NCBI GenBank assembly: GCA_963666765.1
Contig: OY762933.1
Span: 527,773 to 591,772, forward strand
Origin: Gammaproteobacteria bacterium
GTDB taxonomy: Bacteria; Pseudomonadota; Gammaproteobacteria; Steroidobacterales; Foliamicaceae
Direction of reading: 5' to 3'
DNA: 64,000 nucleotides
Below are positions 46,601 through 55,304 of this stretch, in pieces. Numbering within the stretch: position 1 is the stretch's first letter; each line of letters starts with the position of its first letter. Under the pieces are notes generated by a model that did not search any database, was not told the origin of the DNA, and saw only the letters and a program-made list of their open reading frames with translations. The position numbers and the translations under genes were made by a program.

Positions 46601-46690
46601 TTCCTGGACTTCCTGGGCCAGTCCGTTGACCGTGCCGACGAAGAACAGGAGCGCTGCCGCCGCCACGGCGAAACATGTGCCTTTCCGCAT
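43688..46690 (-). CDS. TonB-dependent outer-membrane receptor
   Basis: Signal peptide, EEIVVTGS TonB box, plug NLRSLG..NTLVL.NGRR...EILKDGASALYGADAVAGVVN, and C-terminal GINNLFD..GRNYY. Confidence 0.95.
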   Translation of the reverse strand: MRKGTCFAVAAAALLFFVGTVNGLAQEVQEDQAEEEGIEEIVVTGSHIKGANITGALPVSVIGAEEIEATGVESGDDLMQFIPEQGQNFFNEAENISGGVNSARGDIGAFNLRSLGTGNTLVLFNGRRVVNAASFQTEEVGGSFVPVNTANTQTIPIYGMDRLEILKDGASALYGADAVAGVVNYVVRDDIDHLRVYLRYGSYDHVSRDTQRVALEWGDSFNGERTRVGVLANYYARDRISAHEDERWADADFRRRVPEDSPWAGDTRFRNNSINSFYGQFDVLASARSTGLRNVLTDTIGEFQVYPQGHEDCDWDLGYGNCGAIDGDPIYRHNINETRDLSSDLKRGTMFLFLNHEFENGMESFSELLYYMSDTHLFRHASAPFGTVKLRVSADNYYNPFGPCGSPNRLPNLPSQVPCEGLELEIDNLRFLEFPRIVENDGNVVRLLTGLRGSAGKWDWEGAAVWSRAEKDDLTRNRVSNLLMVEALSDPTPAAYNPFSAGVNSNIERALVDVYRNNETTLAMGDFQVSTPELFDLPWGPAGGVAGVEFRRETFEDDRDPRLDGTFVFTDFQGDTFPYVSDVVNSSPTPDNSGSRNVASVFTELQLPLMNNINVQLAARYEDFSDVGSTVVPKFAIGWQVAPSVLLRGSWSKAFRAPNLITINEVIVARQNTRNDYACVFAANVGGDPDQDIVDCRNSTQRIAQGSKLLEPERSDNYSFGIVVQPLETLTLTLDWWSIKKEDTIGLLGEENHTVLDLLARLEHGPGNCGSLSANPAVVREGADTLSDDEAAVYQAAGICPAGLIRYIDDNYVNLDTRTLKGWDASLRYSVETGIGDFSLTYLASFLTKFEQVPGGRAAELVAATEAGTIPASIPVSGFADLLQKDGNQKVRQTLFLSWRRNPFRVGLSARNLGDFYQNSLTLDDGSLYWIPSVTTWNATFDYNWDMVDRDWRLRLGINNLFDKRAPLADRYFGFFADAHQGIEYGRNYYLQIRVTQDND

Positions 46691-46749
46691 GAAACCCTCT
46701 CCTCACCTGAGCCTGCGAATTCTAGCTCTTTTGCCGATACGCGGCCACG

Positions 46750-49392
46750 TCAATCCGCTGCGGGCGCCAGCGCGGCAAACGCCGTGTGCAGTTCCAGCGA
46801 TGCCGCCAGCAGCACCTCGTTGACACGACCCAGCCAGGCCTGGTCTTCCTCCAGCGATTCCCGGTGAGCCTTCAGCATTCGCCGGACTTCTTCGGCTTGC
46901 GGTCCGCCCAGGCCCTTTCGGTCCGCGAGCATCGCCACCGGGTCCATTGCCCGGCGTAATTTTTCCGTGGCTAAGGGCAGGCGCCGGCCCATCGTCTCCC
47001 GGTAAATCGTCTTGAGTTCCTCGTCGCTCAGCGACTCCGGGCCAAGTCCGTTCTCGCGGCCGTAGTCGGTGAGGGCCGAGGCAAAGCGGTGTGCGGTGCG
47101 AAAAGGCAGGCCCGCCTCGCGCACCAGCATGTCGGCGACTTCCGTCATGGTCGAAAATCCGCGCCGCAGCTCCTCCAGCGCGCGCTCACGATTGATGCGA
47201 AGCAGGCCGATCAGCCGCGTGTGGCGTCGGTACATCAGCCGGGCATTCTCCGCCAACTCCATGATTGGAGCGATGTCCCGGTAATCGTGCATTCCGGTGT
47301 TGGTGTTGTGGGCCAGCAACATCTCCGATTGTGCGCCGCCCAGCACCTTGCTGGCCTGGCTGCGCACGCGGTCCAGGGGCCGTGGGTTGCGTTTCTGCGG
47401 CATGATCGTGCTGATGCTCACGGCGGAGGAATCCAGGAGGATCCACGGCCTGGGGTTGTGGTATTGGGTGTGAAGGTTCTCGACCAGTTGGCCGATGGGG
47501 ATGGCGGACGACTCAAGGATGCCGGCCAGCTCGCGGCGCAGGTCGCCGGACGAAACGAAATTGGCGTCGTAGCTGTTTTTGACCGGCGCGTTGAAACCCA
47601 GCAGATGCGCAAGCCTGCCGTGGTCCAATGCAAAACCCGAGGTCGCCAGCGCTGCCGCGCCCAGCGGGCTGCGGTTCATCCGGGCGTAGCCTTGCCGGTA
47701 CCGCTCAAGGTCGCGCTCCAGGTTGGCCGAGAACGCCAGAAGGTAATGTCCCAGCGTGGTGGGCTGCGCCTGCACTCCGTGGGTATATGCGGGGATAGGC
47801 GTGGAAGCTTCCTGCTCCGCGAGGTCCAGCAACGCGGTCCTGGCCCTGAGAGCGCCGCCGGCCAGCTCGAGCCATTGGTCGCGTATGAGCATGCGGCGCA
47901 CTACGCCGTGCAGGTCCTGGCGGGAACGGCCCAGGTGAAGATCGGCTGCTTCTTCACCGGCCAGTTCGATCAGCCGCTCCTCGTACGGCAGGTAGTTGGC
48001 TGTGCGCGCCGCGTCCTGGGCTTCCTGTTCGGCGCTCAGTTGAACCATTGCTGCGGCAATCGCCTGGGCGTTCTTCCGGCTTACCAGTCCTTCCTCGTTC
48101 AGCATGACCAGCGAGGCCTTGTTGGCTTCCATCAGGTAGCAGAAGAAATCCGGGCATTGCGCGCCTCGGCGGCGTCCCAGCGGGCCATTCTCGCCGCCCA
48201 GCACCGCAACCAGGGCGTCCGCCAGGACGCGGCCCGTGGACGCGATCTCATCCCTGGCCGTGTCGTCGCCGGTCTCGACGGTGATTGCAGGCACGCCGAA
48301 GCGGCGATAGAAGTAGTTCTTTGCGATCCTGGTGTCCTGCGAGGACCGGGGCGCGCGATCGAAGGCGTAGGCGGAGCCGCTGGCGCGCGCCAGACGCAGC
48401 CAGCGCGTATCAAACGCGGGCGGGCGGGTCGCGTCCGTGAGGGTCGGGACGTAGAACACGTTTCTCCACGTCCCGTGGAAATCCAGCATGACTGCGATCG
48501 CGCTTCCACCTTCTTCCATTGCGTCGATCAGGCGCTGGACGGAACGTGTCTCCGGCTGTGCGAACAACCCCCAATCGCGGTTCAGATCGGTCCCGTCGAG
48601 GTTATGGCGCCAGTGCCCCAGCGCGACGCCGTCCGGATTGAGATTGGGTACGAAGACGAAGTTGTGCCCGGAAAAAAAGGCGCATGTTGCCGAGGAAGGG
48701 TCGTCGCATGCGCTTGAGCGTTTCGCAAGCAGCCGTTCGGCAAATGCCGTGAACATCAGGGCGCCGGGGACCTCGGGGGGGTGTTGCCGGCCGATGAAGA
48801 GCAGGTAGCGGGGTGCGCCGGGATTGGTCTCGGCCGCAAAAATCGGGCGTCCCGCCCTGGATTCCCCGATGCCGCGCCACTCAAGCCCATCAAAGCGCTC
48901 GAACGTCCTGCGGCGCCATTCCGCGTAATAGTCCAGGCCCAGATTTTCCTGCGCCGAAACGTAGAGCCCCTCCGCGCCGGGTTTGAGTTCCATGGTCGCC
49001 CGTCCGTCCTCGTGGGCCAGCCACTGCCGCTCCGGCAGCAGGGTCCATTCCCTGCCGTCCACGCTGGTCCTGGGCGCGTAGCGATGCCGGCTGTCGGTGT
49101 ATCGAAGGGTGACAACCACGGTCCCTTGCTCGTTCGCGTTCTTTGCACGCACGTGAAAACCGAACCAGGGGCTGGGATTGATCGGCGGCGGGTCCTCCGG
49201 CTCTATGGTGAGAATCGCGCCGCGCGAATTGAAAACGCGGCAGGAGTTGGCGCGCGCTCCCTCGTAGTCGGCGCTGAATTCGTAAAGGCCGGTGTCGCAG
49301 GGCAGTTCGCCGGCAGCATCCTGCGGGATCGCGAGCGGGGCCGTTGCCAGTAGCCAGGCGAGGCCCGCCGTGAATAGCGAAAATTGTTTCAC
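46750..49392 (-). CDS. Fusion of exported M14 zinc carboxypeptidase and argininosuccinate/EDDS-lyase-like C-N lyase
   Basis: Signal-like N-terminus. M14 motifs RQHPPE, NPDG, DLNRDW, DFH and TVE. Lyase motifs HLGRSRQD, YTHGVQAQP, SPLGAAA and STIMPQKRNP. Single uninterrupted frame; GTG start overlaps the acylase stop. Confidence 0.85.
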   Translation of the reverse strand: MKQFSLFTAGLAWLLATAPLAIPQDAAGELPCDTGLYEFSADYEGARANSCRVFNSRGAILTIEPEDPPPINPSPWFGFHVRAKNANEQGTVVVTLRYTDSRHRYAPRTSVDGREWTLLPERQWLAHEDGRATMELKPGAEGLYVSAQENLGLDYYAEWRRRTFERFDGLEWRGIGESRAGRPIFAAETNPGAPRYLLFIGRQHPPEVPGALMFTAFAERLLAKRSSACDDPSSATCAFFSGHNFVFVPNLNPDGVALGHWRHNLDGTDLNRDWGLFAQPETRSVQRLIDAMEEGGSAIAVMLDFHGTWRNVFYVPTLTDATRPPAFDTRWLRLARASGSAYAFDRAPRSSQDTRIAKNYFYRRFGVPAITVETGDDTARDEIASTGRVLADALVAVLGGENGPLGRRRGAQCPDFFCYLMEANKASLVMLNEEGLVSRKNAQAIAAAMVQLSAEQEAQDAARTANYLPYEERLIELAGEEAADLHLGRSRQDLHGVVRRMLIRDQWLELAGGALRARTALLDLAEQEASTPIPAYTHGVQAQPTTLGHYLLAFSANLERDLERYRQGYARMNRSPLGAAALATSGFALDHGRLAHLLGFNAPVKNSYDANFVSSGDLRRELAGILESSAIPIGQLVENLHTQYHNPRPWILLDSSAVSISTIMPQKRNPRPLDRVRSQASKVLGGAQSEMLLAHNTNTGMHDYRDIAPIMELAENARLMYRRHTRLIGLLRINRERALEELRRGFSTMTEVADMLVREAGLPFRTAHRFASALTDYGRENGLGPESLSDEELKTIYRETMGRRLPLATEKLRRAMDPVAMLADRKGLGGPQAEEVRRMLKAHRESLEEDQAWLGRVNEVLLAASLELHTAFAALAPAAD

Positions 49393-51812
49393 GGCCTGAA
49401 AATCATTTCCCCGCGCGTATCGGCGGCGATGGCGGCATCGGAAAACCACCAGTAGCCGATATCGCCGGCCAGCCACACGGGAAGCTGGTCGTTCAGGTGC
49501 GGATCGAAAAGGCGTGAACTGACGCCGCCGGGGATGACCGCCAGGATCTTGTCCGGGTCCGCCAGGTCGGCGACGAACCTGAGCGAATCGATCACCCGCG
49601 GGTCGTAGTCGCCTTGTCCGGGAAAGCGCGCTCGCCCGAGGGTTTCTCTGGAGCCCCGGCCGGGATAGTCGCCGCCGCCCAGCAGCCGGTCCGCCAGTTC
49701 GCCGGGCACCCAGGGATTGCTGAACCGGAACCGGCTCAGGTCCCCCCAGCGCCATTCCGACGGGTCGGGGCCCAGGCGCGAGTGCAATTCGGACCAGGCG
49801 TCGCCGGCGGCCGCGCGAATCAGGTCATCGCGGGTTTCAGGCGTTTCCGTGCGTATGTCGTCGAACCACTCCCATTCACCCGCCAGCAGCATCCGGTAGA
49901 CGCGCTCCTGCCAGTAGTAGATGTCCCGGGCGTATTGCCGGGCCAGACCTTCGCCCAGCTCGTCCTCGAAAATGCGCCGCAGCAGGCTCGCCATCATTGC
50001 CTGGAACAGAGCGGGCGCCGCCAGTTCCGGTTCGTCGAAGAAGTTCCAGTCGCCGAGAATCGCGGCCGCGGCGCGGGTATCGGGGTCCGCTTCGAGCGCC
50101 CGGACCATGATCGGCACGAGGCCGCGGGCCATCGGGTTGAGCGTATCGGTGATCGCCGACCAGTGGTCGGCGCCCGACAGCGCCCCGTCGCCGTCGAACA
50201 GTTCCTGCATGCGCCGGTATCGCCAGGACGACGCGACATAGCTGGTCCAGTGCCCGTCAAATTCGCCGCTCACGGTTCGGTGGTTGGCGTTGCCCACCCA
50301 GCCGCGTGGCGGGTTTATGGAAGTAGGCGCCCGGGCAAAGGGCACGAATGCGGGCCAGTCCTCTTCAGCGTCCACAACGGGAACCGGCAGCGCCCCGTCG
50401 CCGCTGCGCCGCACCGGCACGTGGCCGGCCGTGTAATGCGCAATATTGCCCTTGGTATCGCCCACGGTGTAGTTGTAAGGGGCATTGATCAGGCCGATAA
50501 GTTCGCCGGCTTCAAACGCATCGCGCGCCAGCATCACGCGCTCGATCCCCACTTGCGTCCCGATTTTCTCGGACACGCTCCAGCGTAGCGAATACACGCG
50601 GCCATCGCCGCGGGTCAGCCCGTGATCGGATATGACCGGCCCGCGCCGCGTATGGCGCACCGTCAGCGGCTGTTCGCGGTAGCCGCCAGGGGCACTGCGG
50701 TCGCGTATCCGGATGACTTCCTCCACTATCCGGAAGGGAACCGACCGCTCACCTTCCAGGTAGTGACCCGGCCGGTCCGGATCCTCGCGCTCGATAAACA
50801 GGTCGGCGACATCGGAATAGGCATTGGTCACACCCCAGGCAATATGGCTGGAGCGCCCTGCCCCCAGTCCCGGCAGTCCCGCGCCGGCGGCGCCTACCGC
50901 GCGCCATTCGGGGGTGATCAGCCCTACGGGATGCCAGATGCCGGGCAGGCGGCGCGCGTCGATATGCGGGTCGTTGGCCACGATCGGCGCTCCGCCCGCC
51001 GAGCGCCCGGCTGAAGTGGCCCAGCTGTTGGAGCCGTCCGCGGGCTCGGGAAGCTTGGGGAAACTTGCGGTACCGCCCTCCGGCATGCTGTTCTCCGCCA
51101 GGCTGTAGTCCGACGCCCATTCGCTCTCGTCGTCGGGGTTGACCGTGAGCATTGAGATTTCAGCAGCCTTCTCCGGGCCGAGGTGATCCACCAGCGCCTG
51201 GCTGAGTATCTCCGCGCGCCAGTTTCCCGTGCTGTTGAACGCCAGGAACAGGTACTGGGTCGTCATGTCCTCCAGCGTGAAGGGCGCCGGCGGCTTGCCG
51301 GACAGCCGCACGGCCAGCGGAAACTCGTCTGCCTGCGTCGCAATGTAGGCATTGACCCCCTCAAGGAACCATTCATGCAGCTCGCGGCTGGGCGATTCGA
51401 GTTGCGCCGCCCATAAGGGCCCCATCCGGCTTAAGCCCATGACGCGAATCAGCGTATCGCTTCGCAGGCCGGCCGGCCCGATCTGCTCGGACAGGCGGCC
51501 GTAAATCAGTTCGCGGGTCAGCAGCATTTGCGACAGGCGGTCCTGGGCCGTGACGAACCCCTGTATGCGCAACGCATCCGCCAGGGTTTCCGCGTAGATA
51601 TAGGGAACCCCTTGCCGGTCCCTCTTCACGCGGACTTCGTCATCCAGCATCGCGAGCACGGTGGAGTCGCCGATGTCCCGGTCGCGATCAGGGATGTTGC
51701 TTTCCTTGAACCATGTGAAAACCGCGGCCACGGCCAGAACCAGCAGCAACAGCAGGCCGATGATGGCGATTCCGATCTTTTTCAGCATTCCGAATCCCTT
51801 GAGTGTTGTCAT
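49389..51812 (-). CDS. Penicillin acylase-family Ntn hydrolase (copy 2)
   Basis: N-terminal anchor, RD..GVP.I.A, GFVTAQDRL.Q, beta-chain start G|SNSW, ANDPH and NAN oxyanion motif. Confidence 0.92.
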   Translation of the reverse strand: MTTLKGFGMLKKIGIAIIGLLLLLVLAVAAVFTWFKESNIPDRDRDIGDSTVLAMLDDEVRVKRDRQGVPYIYAETLADALRIQGFVTAQDRLSQMLLTRELIYGRLSEQIGPAGLRSDTLIRVMGLSRMGPLWAAQLESPSRELHEWFLEGVNAYIATQADEFPLAVRLSGKPPAPFTLEDMTTQYLFLAFNSTGNWRAEILSQALVDHLGPEKAAEISMLTVNPDDESEWASDYSLAENSMPEGGTASFPKLPEPADGSNSWATSAGRSAGGAPIVANDPHIDARRLPGIWHPVGLITPEWRAVGAAGAGLPGLGAGRSSHIAWGVTNAYSDVADLFIEREDPDRPGHYLEGERSVPFRIVEEVIRIRDRSAPGGYREQPLTVRHTRRGPVISDHGLTRGDGRVYSLRWSVSEKIGTQVGIERVMLARDAFEAGELIGLINAPYNYTVGDTKGNIAHYTAGHVPVRRSGDGALPVPVVDAEEDWPAFVPFARAPTSINPPRGWVGNANHRTVSGEFDGHWTSYVASSWRYRRMQELFDGDGALSGADHWSAITDTLNPMARGLVPIMVRALEADPDTRAAAAILGDWNFFDEPELAAPALFQAMMASLLRRIFEDELGEGLARQYARDIYYWQERVYRMLLAGEWEWFDDIRTETPETRDDLIRAAAGDAWSELHSRLGPDPSEWRWGDLSRFRFSNPWVPGELADRLLGGGDYPGRGSRETLGRARFPGQGDYDPRVIDSLRFVADLADPDKILAVIPGGVSSRLFDPHLNDQLPVWLAGDIGYWWFSDAAIAADTRGEMIFRP

Positions 51813-51869
51813 TGTGTCACCTGCCCCAGGCGCGCAATCGTCGGCAGGGGCGAGTGGTCGGCCGCAGAT

Positions 51870-54263
51870 TCACGGCGCCAGGATAAATTCCGCGTGGGCA
51901 TTGGCGCTGATGGCCTTGTCGGAAAACCACCAGTAGTTGATGTCGCCGGACAGCCAAAGCGGCAGCTGGTCGTTGAGGTGCGGATCGAACAGCCGTCCGC
52001 TGACGCCGCCGGGTATGACCGCCAGCACCTTGTCCGGATCGCCTAGATCAGCCACGAAGCGCAGGGAGTCGATTCCCCAGGCGCCGTAGGACGGGCTGCC
52101 GTACGATCCCCACAAGGTCTCAGGCGACCCTGTGCGCGGAAAATCGCCTCCGCCGAGGAGCCGGTTCACCAGCCCGTTTCCGGTCGGCAGGGGGCTGGAA
52201 ATTCTCAGGCGGCTGAGATCGCCCCAGCGCCACTCGTCGGGGTTCGCGCCCAGCCTTGCTTCAAGACGCAGCCAGGCGTCCACCGCCGCAGCCCGGATCA
52301 GATCGTCCCGGCTCTCCGTTTGCGGTGTATTGCCGTTGTCGAACCACTGCGATTTGCCGGCTTTCAGCATCGTATAAACACGCTCCTGCCAGAAATAAGG
52401 GGAACCCTCGTAGCTGTAGACCAGGGTATCCAGTTCGTCGGCGAAGATCCGGTTGACGAGCGCGCGCATCATCAGCTGGAACAGCGCGGGAGCGGCCTGG
52501 CCGGGATCGTCGCGATAGTCCCAGCCGCCGAGCATGTTTGCGGCTGCCCGGGTTTCGGGTACGGCCAGAAGCGCCGGCAGGAACAGCGGAACCAGGTCAC
52601 GGGCCAGCGTGTTCTTCGTATCGGTGATCGCCGCCCAATGGTCTTCGGCGGAGAAGACACGTTCATTCTCGAACAGTTCCCGCATGCGGCGGTAGCGCCA
52701 GGAAGGAGCCGAGTAGCTGCTCCACATGCCGTCGAAGGACCCGCTTACCGTCCTGTGATTGGCGTTGCCCACCCAGCCCTTGTGCGGATTCATCGACGAA
52801 GGCGCTTGCTCAAAGGGAACAAAGCCCGTCCAGTTGTCCTCACCGTCCGTTACCGGCAGGGGTATTGCCCCGTCTCCCCTGCGGCGAACGGGAATATGGC
52901 CGGACGTGAAGTGTGCAATATTTCCCTTCATGTCGGCCACGTTGTAGTTGAGGGCGCCCACGATTTCGCGGATTGCTTCGCCGGCTTCGGTGACATCCTT
53001 CGCCAGCATCAATCGATCGAGGCCCACCTGGCTGCCGACGTTCTCGGTCACGCTCCAGCGAAGCGAGAGAGACCGGCCGTGCGCATCCACGATCAGGGAG
53101 TCGGAAACCACGGGCCCGCGCCGGCTGCGCCGGACACTGAATGTGCGCTCGCGGATACCGCCGGGAGAATCCGGGTCCCGGACTCGCACCGTTTCGCTCA
53201 CCAGTTCATAGGGCAAGGACTGCTCGCCTTCCAGGTAGTGTCCATCGTTTTCGGGATCGTCCCGCTCGATGAACAGGTCCGCTGTGTCGGCAGCCGAATT
53301 GGTGACGCCCCAGGCAATGAAATTGGACCTTCCCACGGCCAGCCCGGGCCAGCCCGCCGCCGTCACGCCCACGGCCCGCCATTCGGGCGTAATGAGTCCC
53401 ATGGGATGCCAGATGCCGGGCAGCCGGCGGGCGTCGAGATGCGGGTCGCTTGCCAGTATCGGCGCTCCCCTCTCTGAGCGCCGGGGAGACGTTGCCCAGC
53501 TGTTGGAGCCTCCCACCGGGCTCGCCCGGACCTGCGCCGGCTCGTGCATCGTCAACAGCGGCTCCCGCGGCGCCAGTGCGTAATTCGAGGCCCAGCGGCT
53601 GCCGTCATCCGGGTTTACGCTGACCAGAGAAATCTGCGCGGCCTTTTCGCGGCCCAGCCGGTCCACAAGCTGCTGGGCCAGCCATTCGGCACGCCAGTTC
53701 TCGGTAAGGTCGTAGGCCTGCAGAAGGTAGTGCGCGCAAATGTCCTCCAGCGTATAAGGCGCGGGCGAAACGCCCGAAACGCGCACGGCAAGCGGAAACT
53801 CATGCTCCTGCGTGGCGATATAGGCATTGACGCCTTCCAGGTACCACTCGTGCAGTTCCCGGCTGGGCGATTCAAGGCCGGCGGCAAAGCGGCGCGCCAG
53901 TTGCCTGATTCCCAGCACCCGGACGCTGATGTCGTTGCTTTCCCCGCGGCGGCCAACTACTTCGGCCAGTCTTCCATTGACCGCTTCGCGGGTCAGGAGC
54001 ATCTGGGCCAGCCGATCCTGCGCCGTTACGAACCCCTGCGCACGGATCGCGTCCGCCACCGATTCCGCGTAGATGTACGGAATCCCGTAGCGGTCCCGCT
54101 TGACGGTCACGGGCGAGTCAAGCGGGCCCAGGCGGAGCGGTTTGTCCGCAGTCCCCGCTCGGGTAGGAATGTTGCCGGAACGCAACACCAGAAACGCCAC
54201 TAAAGATATCAGAAAGAATATTGATATCACAGTGATAAATGAAATAGTTAATTTCCTTATCAC
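51870..54263 (-). CDS. Penicillin acylase-family Ntn hydrolase (copy 1)
   Basis: Same motifs (GFVTAQDRL, GG|SNSW, SDPH, GWVGNAN). Clear tandem paralogue of 49389-51812. Confidence 0.92.
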   Translation of the reverse strand: MIRKLTISFITVISIFFLISLVAFLVLRSGNIPTRAGTADKPLRLGPLDSPVTVKRDRYGIPYIYAESVADAIRAQGFVTAQDRLAQMLLTREAVNGRLAEVVGRRGESNDISVRVLGIRQLARRFAAGLESPSRELHEWYLEGVNAYIATQEHEFPLAVRVSGVSPAPYTLEDICAHYLLQAYDLTENWRAEWLAQQLVDRLGREKAAQISLVSVNPDDGSRWASNYALAPREPLLTMHEPAQVRASPVGGSNSWATSPRRSERGAPILASDPHLDARRLPGIWHPMGLITPEWRAVGVTAAGWPGLAVGRSNFIAWGVTNSAADTADLFIERDDPENDGHYLEGEQSLPYELVSETVRVRDPDSPGGIRERTFSVRRSRRGPVVSDSLIVDAHGRSLSLRWSVTENVGSQVGLDRLMLAKDVTEAGEAIREIVGALNYNVADMKGNIAHFTSGHIPVRRRGDGAIPLPVTDGEDNWTGFVPFEQAPSSMNPHKGWVGNANHRTVSGSFDGMWSSYSAPSWRYRRMRELFENERVFSAEDHWAAITDTKNTLARDLVPLFLPALLAVPETRAAANMLGGWDYRDDPGQAAPALFQLMMRALVNRIFADELDTLVYSYEGSPYFWQERVYTMLKAGKSQWFDNGNTPQTESRDDLIRAAAVDAWLRLEARLGANPDEWRWGDLSRLRISSPLPTGNGLVNRLLGGGDFPRTGSPETLWGSYGSPSYGAWGIDSLRFVADLGDPDKVLAVIPGGVSGRLFDPHLNDQLPLWLSGDINYWWFSDKAISANAHAEFILAP

Positions 54264-54265
54264 TT

Positions 54266-55252
54266 TCAGTTCACATTCAGGCTGCCGTCCAGTTCAAAAA
54301 TTGCCGCCAACAGGGCAACCCGCATCCACATGCCGTTGCGTTCCTGGCGCCAGTACATGACCCGTGGATCATTGTCGATCGCCGGGTCCAGCTCGGGACC
54401 GCGCGGCAGCGGATGCATGACGATCGCATTGGCGGGGAACTTCTTCAGCTGTTCGGGCCCGATTCCGTATGCGGCGTAATCAGCCTTTCCGGGTTGGTCG
54501 GAATCGTCGTATTCCGACTGCAGGCGGGTGACGTACAGCGCGTCCAGTTCCCCGATTACTTCCTCAAGCCGGCTGGTTGACTCATAGGCCACGCCGTTCT
54601 CTTCCAGATGGTCGAGGATGTCCTGCCTGATCTCGTACCCGGGCGGCGCCACGAAACGCAGGCGGACCTGGCTGTAGTTCTTCATCAGGTAGCTGAGCGA
54701 GCGCACTGTCCTGCCGCGGCGCAGGTCGCCCATCATGGCGATTGTCTTGCCGTCGATGCCGCCGCGCCGTTCGAAGCTGCGCTCGAGCGTATAGATGTCC
54801 AGCAGAGCCTGGGTGGGGTGCTGATCGGGGCCGCTGCCGGCGTTGATTACCGGGACCGGGCGCGGAATGGAGTCCATGAGCTCGGCCGCCCGTGCGGCCT
54901 TTCCGCCTTCCGGGGTGCGCATGATGATGACGTCCGCGTAGGAACTGAAGGTGCGGATACTGTCTTCGAAAGTCTCTCCCTTCACCTCCGACGATATGGA
55001 CGGACTACGGATTTCGCTCGTCTGCATGCCGAGGATGTGGCAGGCGCTGTTGAAGGACAGGAAGGTCCGTGTGGAAGGCTGCGTGAAATACAGCATCGCG
55101 CGGCGGTCGGGCGCCAGTTCCTGCAATTCCTGCGAGCCGGATTTCGTCTTCGCCAGCGTCCGGACGTGGGTCGCCATGCGGCACAAACGGTCGAGCATCG
55201 GCCGGTCGAACTGCCGGGTATCGATAACGTGAAACAACCCGCTACTCGCCAT
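54266..55252 (-). CDS. pyrB: Aspartate carbamoyltransferase catalytic subunit
   Basis: PSTRT, KGET, INAG.G..QHPTQALLD, GDL..GRTV.SL, TRLQ and HPLPR. Confidence 0.93.
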   Translation of the reverse strand: MASSGLFHVIDTRQFDRPMLDRLCRMATHVRTLAKTKSGSQELQELAPDRRAMLYFTQPSTRTFLSFNSACHILGMQTSEIRSPSISSEVKGETFEDSIRTFSSYADVIIMRTPEGGKAARAAELMDSIPRPVPVINAGSGPDQHPTQALLDIYTLERSFERRGGIDGKTIAMMGDLRRGRTVRSLSYLMKNYSQVRLRFVAPPGYEIRQDILDHLEENGVAYESTSRLEEVIGELDALYVTRLQSEYDDSDQPGKADYAAYGIGPEQLKKFPANAIVMHPLPRGPELDPAIDNDPRVMYWRQERNGMWMRVALLAAIFELDGSLNVN

Positions 55253-55304
55253 CACGCCGCCATTATCCTTGAACCGCGCCGCGAAGGGTAAACTTTTCGC
55301 CGCC

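Noticed and set aside
46750-48156. Calling the lyase domain housekeeping argH
   Set aside because: It lacks the N-terminal LWGGRF of ArgH, is fused to an exported peptidase, and has no arg genes nearby.
49393-49755. First ~120 aa of the 1001-aa ORF
   Set aside because: It overlaps the acylase gene in another frame. The signal-like sequence begins at GTG 49392.
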